From positions 302,436,001 through 302,500,000 of the forward strand of contig OZ024743.1 of NCBI GenBank assembly GCA_964016885.1: a stretch of DNA of 64,000 nucleotides, read 5' to 3'. The notes beneath the pieces are model-generated. The model made no database searches. It was not told the origin of the DNA and saw only the letters and a list, made by a program, of their open reading frames with translations. Shown here in pieces: positions 57,857 through 64,000 of the stretch (its first letter is position 1; every line of letters starts with the position of its first letter). Position numbers and translations under genes: made by a program. The DNA is from Eledone cirrhosa. Lineage: Eukaryota.

Positions 57857-58368
57857 ATACACTCGATCACACGAATGCCTAGTTGTGTTAATATTTTGAA
57901 TTAATATATAGATATATATATAAGAGATATTTAATTTGTTGGTTATTCAAGACATTTATTTATGACAGAGTCAACAAATTTTCTGTAGTATAACAATGAT
58001 ATTAATAAATGGAAACTTTTTTTATTATATATATTTCAAGGGTACCAAAATTTAGGTACTCTCTCATGAGATAACATATACAATATGTTTTATAATTGTT
58101 GACATACCCAAGAAACCAAAACTTATCAGTTCAGGTTCAGTTTGGATATGTACATTTTTCAAAATATAAAACTATCTATAATTAAATGTGTGTGTAAATA
58201 TATACATATAAGTTTAGGAATAACAAAAACAAAAATATATATATATATATATACAAATATATATATGTGTATGTATTTTTATTCATACACACACAAACAC
58301 ATACAAACACACACACACACACACACTCACACGTACACACACACGCACGCACACACAAACACACACGC

Positions 58369-58437
<69 letters not shown>

Positions 58438-58623
58438 TATATATTCACTGCCTTACGTTTATGAATCCAATTCTCTACCCACGCCTCTGGGGTAGCTATG
58501 TACATTTTATGTTTACTTATTTGTATAGGTAAGTATACCTTACCCGTATGTTGGTGAAGGTACGTATACTTTCACGTCCGTGCTTGTTTTTCTTATAGGT
58601 GTATTATTATATCATTATATTAT

Positions 58624-58715
58624 GTTGACTTTGCCTTTCATCCTTACGGGGTCGATAAAATAAAGTACCAGTAATGCACTGGGTATTTGTTGGCCTTGTG
58701 CCTCAAGTAGAAACA
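58624..58715 (+). mobile_element. Family A SINE 3' half
   Basis: GTTGACTTTGCCTTTCATCCTTACGGGGTCGATAAAATAAAGTACCAG. Confidence 0.85.
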
Positions 58716-59245
58716 TTTATGTTATATTATATATACTGGTATATGTTTATATGGTATGTGTTTGTGAGTGTATGCTTTGTGTTTGTGTGTGTATGCGTTT
58801 ATGCGTGTTTGCACGTATGTAAGGTGTGTATATGTGTGCATTGTATCTTGGTTGACATAAGTTTGGTGAACATATGTGTATTTACTTGTAGGTATGTGTG
58901 TGCGTGCGTTATATACGTTTTATGTGTGTATATTTATATATGTTTATATAATTATACACTCACACACACACATATATATATATATAATATATATATTTTT
59001 TTATTCATGTGTATTTGGTGCATATGTTCTTGTGTGTGCAGTTTTATGTCATGTTCGTGCGGGTTTATGTATGTGTGCGCGTTTTAACGTGTACGTGCAT
59101 GTATATGGATGCATAGCGGGTGCTTTCGCGTGTGCTCTTTTATATGTACGTATATAGTTGCGTGTATGTATATATTTAATCATTATTGATTTTAATAACC
59201 TCTGTCATTTTCGTTCAACTAATTTAATGACATCATTCTGGTAAA

Positions 59246-59422
59246 TTGGCAGTATCGGTAGAGGGTCGGACGCCATGATTTCCATCATAATTACGTCCCT
59301 TTACGGTCTGAGTTCAAATCCCGTGAAGGTTAACTTTGCCTTCCATCCATACCGGGTCGAGAAAATAAAGTACCAGTAATGCACTGGGTAATTGCTGGCC
59401 TTGTGCCAAAAGTAGAAACAAT
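59246..59422 (+). mobile_element. Full-length family A tRNA-SINE
   Basis: Matches the 22408 unit. Confidence 0.9.
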
Positions 59423-59519
59423 TTTTCTGTCAAGACGCGCCTATCAAACTTCTCGAAGGAAAGATTTGTCTGCGCAAGCTGTGATATATTTCAACATGGA
59501 GGTTACCAATATATCTATC

Positions 59520-59604
<85 letters not shown>

Positions 59605-59631
59605 CTCTCTCTCTCGCTCTCTCTCTCTCTA

Positions 59632-59669
<38 letters not shown>

Positions 59670-59683
59670 TATTGTATAGAAAG

Positions 59684-59734
59684 AGCTTCTACAGGACTAG
59701 TACTGTTTCATTCAGATGAAATCTTCAGGAAGCT
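59684..59734 (-). ncRNA. Hammerhead ribozyme (type I), intact
   Basis: Minus strand AGCTTC-CTGAAGA-TTTCA(tc)TGAAT-GAAA-CAG(tactagtc)CTG-TA-GAAGCT. Confidence 0.85.
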
Positions 59735-59755
59735 GGGTGTAATATTAAGTTCTGG

Positions 59756-59837
<82 letters not shown>

Positions 59838-59882
59838 GAGAGTAAAACAAAGAATCCTTTAATACATCAACATTTTTTATTA

Positions 59883-59920
59883 GCCGACAATGTTTCGTCC
59901 TATTGAGGACTCATCAGGAC
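59883..59920 (-). ncRNA. Hammerhead ribozyme (type I, minimal)
   Basis: Minus strand GTC-CTGATGA-GTCCT(caat)AGGAC-GAAA-CATTG-TC-GGC. Confidence 0.8.
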
Positions 59921-60817
59921 AATCAAAACAACAAGAGGTAATATCGGCAGATAAAAGCCAGAAACTCTGAAGAATATGGAGTGTACATACACTAATGTCT
60001 TACAAAAATATATGATAATAAAAATGAAAATAAAGATAAAAATAATAAAAATGTATAATAAGAATAACTAAGGATGTAGATAACATTAAGAACCATATTA
60101 CAAATATAGTCCAAAGCAACCAACCTAAATCTAAACAAATTTGGTTATATAGAGCAGGAATTATATATAACACAATATAATACATTATAATAATAATATA
60201 CTTTTACCAACATTAAAATTCCAAATTAAAAATCAAAAGGTACAATATATAAATGTATATATGTGCGCGCACACACACACACACACACATATATAACAAC
60301 ACACTCATCTATGTTCGACCACACACAAATTAAGCCCTATTAGAAGTTTGAATATTAAAAATAAGCATGATAAGAGTGAAAATAATTCTAATACATCTAC
60401 CCAATAAACATGAGGCAATAATACGATATAATTACAAGAAACACATATAACAAATAATAAACAACAAAATTATATAATTCAATATAATATAATAAAATAG
60501 ATAATCCCCGGTTAATTTAGGGTGTTTGACTCAAACACGCTCCAGTATTCTAATCCTTATATATATATATATAAATGTAATCTTAGTTTTTCACATATTA
60601 ACAATAAAATTCGATTCGTTTGCAATTATGCTAACAAGCCTCAATTGTGTAGACATGTCAGTAGAATGAGCCCTTCATCCTTGCTCTTGTGTTGGCATGT
60701 GAACAGAACTGCAGACATATGACTGAATAGAATTGAGGCTTGTTTGCATGATTGAAAACGCATCGAATGTTATTATTAACATTCGAAAAGCTCTGATTAA
60801 CACACACACACACACAC

Positions 60818-60889
<72 letters not shown>

Positions 60890-60895
<6 letters not shown>

Positions 60896-61803
60896 CAGGA
60901 AAGAAGAGTGACACGGTTTGCTATACAAAAAAGGTTTTTAATCTCATTGTTGACAATTGTTTCTTTGAACTGGTAGGACTAGAGATCGCTATCCGCTTGT
61001 TTTCGCGTTATTCGATCGCCAATACAAAATTATAACCAGTCAGTTCATCGGAACTTGTTTCTTCTCAGCTGCTGTTATCGCTTGATCCTAAATCCAAGAA
61101 TATTTCAAAATACTACTACAATGGAACTTTACCTCCCTCTTGCCATAATTATAGTCAGCATATTTTCTCTTTGTATGTATGTATGTATTTGTATGAGTGT
61201 GTGTGGATATGTGTGTATATGTTTGTGTGCATGTGCGTGTGTATATATATGTGTATATATATGTTGGCGACTAAACTGGCAACCCCACCAAGGTTTCTTG
61301 GTGAGGAGGGTGACTTTGGACATCCTGCAGGACTAAAAACAAAACCTGTCAAAGGGCAAAGGAGCTCTTAAGAGTCAATGGCCATCCAAAATCACCGGGA
61401 GAGATGACCCCTTAGCCTTTGTCAAGGCAGAATTCTAGGAGAAGGAAAACTCTGATATAACACCTGCAACCCTGATGGTATCCAATGATGTTGACTTGTT
61501 CTTCTTTTTGGTAAATATCATCTTAGTTAAGAGAGTGGGACTGGCTTTGTGCAGTGCCTTTGCTCACTATAAAAGCTTCACGGCACAGGCATTGCTTTAT
61601 ATCTGGAGAGCTCTCTGCACTTGTTGTCACATGGTACCATGGACCCAGCACTATGTATCAATAATTGACACAAGTGTAGTGTTTGTACCAGGGTTTTCAA
61701 GTCGCTGGCTGGAATAAAAAGTCACACTCGTTCAGCACATCGGTTGGGGTTCTCCTACATGGATATAAGGTAGTGGCCGTACTCGAAAACGAGTTGGCAG
61801 CCA

Positions 61804-61842
<39 letters not shown>

Positions 61843-62472
61843 TATTACCTCCTTAACCTCTGTATTAACCTGCCCATTATTTAGCTTTGACAGTGTTGTC
61901 CTATACATGTATGTTATTGAGGATGGAACAGATAGACTGAACTCTCATCTAATATAGACCTCACAAATACTACTACAGTGATAAATACTTCATCGGTCAG
62001 ATAAAAACCGAATATTACGGCCACCTGACCTACATTGTTTATAAACACCAGCTTATCTTCACACTTGATATAATACACCCTACGACAGTCTTTACATGTC
62101 AATTGTATACATCTGCTTCATGTCAGCTAGTTTTACACTCTAAAATCAGAGATACACTATACTCCCCACCTAGAATGATGTTGGGATTATTTCAAATATT
62201 TTATTGCTAGCATTGTTGATATTGTTGTTATTGTTGTAAGTGAATGCCATTACTACTTCATATAGTAGCATGTATATTCCTTTCATGCCTGTATATTCAC
62301 TTCATTCTCGCAAGCTCCGATGAACTGACTGGTTATCATTTTGTATTGGCGATCGAGTAACGCGAAAACAAGCGGATAGCGATCTCTAATCCTACCAGTT
62401 CAGAGAAACAATTGTCAGCAATGAGATTGAAAACCTTTTTTGTATAGCAAACACTCTTCTTTCCTGATTTAT
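60890..62472. mobile_element. Inverted pLTR-like pair (60890-61057 and 62311-62472) carrying a variant hammerhead
   Basis: ~165-bp reverse-complement match; core CCGATGA..GAAA-CAATTG-TC. Confidence 0.75.
61263..61806 (+). mobile_element. Short RTE-derived element (5'-UTR-like part joined to 3' zinc finger and tail)
   Basis: CTAGGAGAAGGAAAACTCTGAT (RTE 5' UTR-like); CSVCTRVFKSLAGIKSHTRSAH; tail shared with 4900-4931. Confidence 0.6.
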
Positions 62473-62659
62473 TATTACTCCAAGTGTTTACAACATAGGA
62501 ATTACAGCGTACTCACAGCATCTCTATGAAAACGCCTTGTTGAGTCAAACTTAGCCAAGCGTTCATATCATCCACTACCCGGAATACCATAACTGGTCTA
62601 CACCTAAGTGGACTGCATATAACTATTATTTGTTACCCCGTATATATATATATATATAT

Positions 62660-63000
62660 AATGACGAAATATAAGTCAAATGCATAACTCATAATCCTTT
62701 ATTTACTGCTATATATATTGGCTATGACCTCATCAGGCAGTTAGGCAGTTCTTAGATATGCCAGCTCTGTGTTTATAGTGTTGATGGTATCAGAGCCTTG
62801 GGACATATGAGCTTGTTAGGAATAATTTAATGTTGTCAGCAGGAATAGTCTTAATTCTGATTGGTCAGTTTGTAGATGGTAGTAGGGTTGGTATTTAACC
62901 TCAAAGAGGCAGGTGGTATTGTTAAGTTCAAACCATCAAACAAGGTGACAATAGTTCCATATGACTGATTTTCATAAAAAGCGTTCCTGGTCAGATATAT
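62660..63000 (-). mobile_element. PLE 3' end remnant with a deleted hammerhead (same family as 32750-33090)
   Basis: Minus strand ACTGC-CTGATGA-GGTCATAGCC[deletion]AATATATATA-GCAGT at 62705-62741; upstream frame ends ..DGLN. Confidence 0.55.
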
Positions 63001-63012
63001 ATTCAATTAAGG

Positions 63013-63095
<83 letters not shown>

Positions 63096-63263
63096 GTGTG
63101 TGTGTGTATGTGTGTATATATATATATAACACATATATATATAAATATATGTATATATGTATATATATTGTTCCGGAGAGATTGTTTTGGTAAATAACAG
63201 AAGCAAGCACGAGAAATAACTCTCACACTCGCAGTTTCTAGTTACGGTGGAGAATTTTATAAA

Positions 63264-64000
63264 AATAACAAAATATGGTGCCGATGTTACATAAATCGTT
63301 TAATCATTACGATTATTTCTACGGTTCTCAAAGCAATCGAGAAGTCCTTCATGCATTTGTTGTTGTTATGAGGACAATATCCCCAAATGAAATCCGATTT
63401 ATGTGATATGCCACCGGTATGAAAAAACACACGTCTATTTGCTCGTCCGCCCAGCAGATATAGGAATGACTGAAAGGGTCTCCCATCAGTCGTGTTTGCT
63501 GGAGTAATGGGTTATCAACGTGTTAATTAGTTAAAACAGGATTCACGCAGCCCCCGCGGAGTTGAGGTCGTAAATCAACTGTGAGGTCATCTCACAAGTA
63601 TGCTGAAATTATCAAACGAAAAACTGTGTAGCCAGAGCCCGCTAGATAGTGGAAGTAATAAATGCAGCTCTGAGGTAGGGGAGCTATATATTTTGTTGAC
63701 ACCCACATTAAGACAACAGCAACAACAAGAACAAGAACAACAATAACAACAACAGCGTACGTTGGCCGTAGCATTCGTAGTGACGGTACCGCCCCACCGA
63801 CAACAACAAAGATAATTACAGCCAGAGCAATAAACGGAACTCTGAGGTAAGTTGACACACGGACTTGATGGCCACTTTCACCATGACCACAGCAACAATA
63901 ACAATAGTAACGGCAACAAGATTCTCGATTGCATGGAGAACCGTAGAAATAATTATAATGATTTAACGATTTATGTAACTTCAGCGTCCTATTTTGTTAT
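63264..64000. mobile_element. Element with long terminal inverted repeats, right end probably runs off the window
   Basis: 63265-63344 matches the reverse complement of 63922-64000 (GTTACATAAATCGTT.AATCATTA..ATTATTTCTACGGTTCTC..GCAATCGAGAA). Confidence 0.65.

Overview
AT-rich, microsatellite-saturated animal genomic DNA with no intact protein-coding gene. The tRNA-derived SINE family and the very long (TA)n/(TG)n tracts suggest a cephalopod (Octopus-like) genome; this is an inference. The window holds many decayed retroelements: Penelope-like elements (PLEs; RT and/or C-terminal GIY-YIG fragments from several families, often with inverted pseudo-LTR ends), CR1-, RTE- and Ingi/Vingi-like LINE fragments, tRNA-SINEs (some in tandem arrays), and hAT, Tigger-like and Helitron-like non-autonomous DNA elements. 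The main hidden signal is RNA structure. By eye I find more than 20 type I hammerhead ribozyme (HHR) motifs (stem I-CUGANGA-stem II-GAAA-stem III-NUH-stem I') from about ten sequence families, on both strands. The most striking is a nearly homogeneous, ORF-less 310-bp tandem array at 36431-38253 with one HHR per unit, a highly base-paired monomer, and about 4 units followed by about 2 inverted units. This is the architecture of a non-LTR retrozyme-like, circRNA-producing element. A candidate signal-peptide exon and several decayed exon-like segments hint at host gene remnants. All calls are by manual reading; no searches or folding were run.
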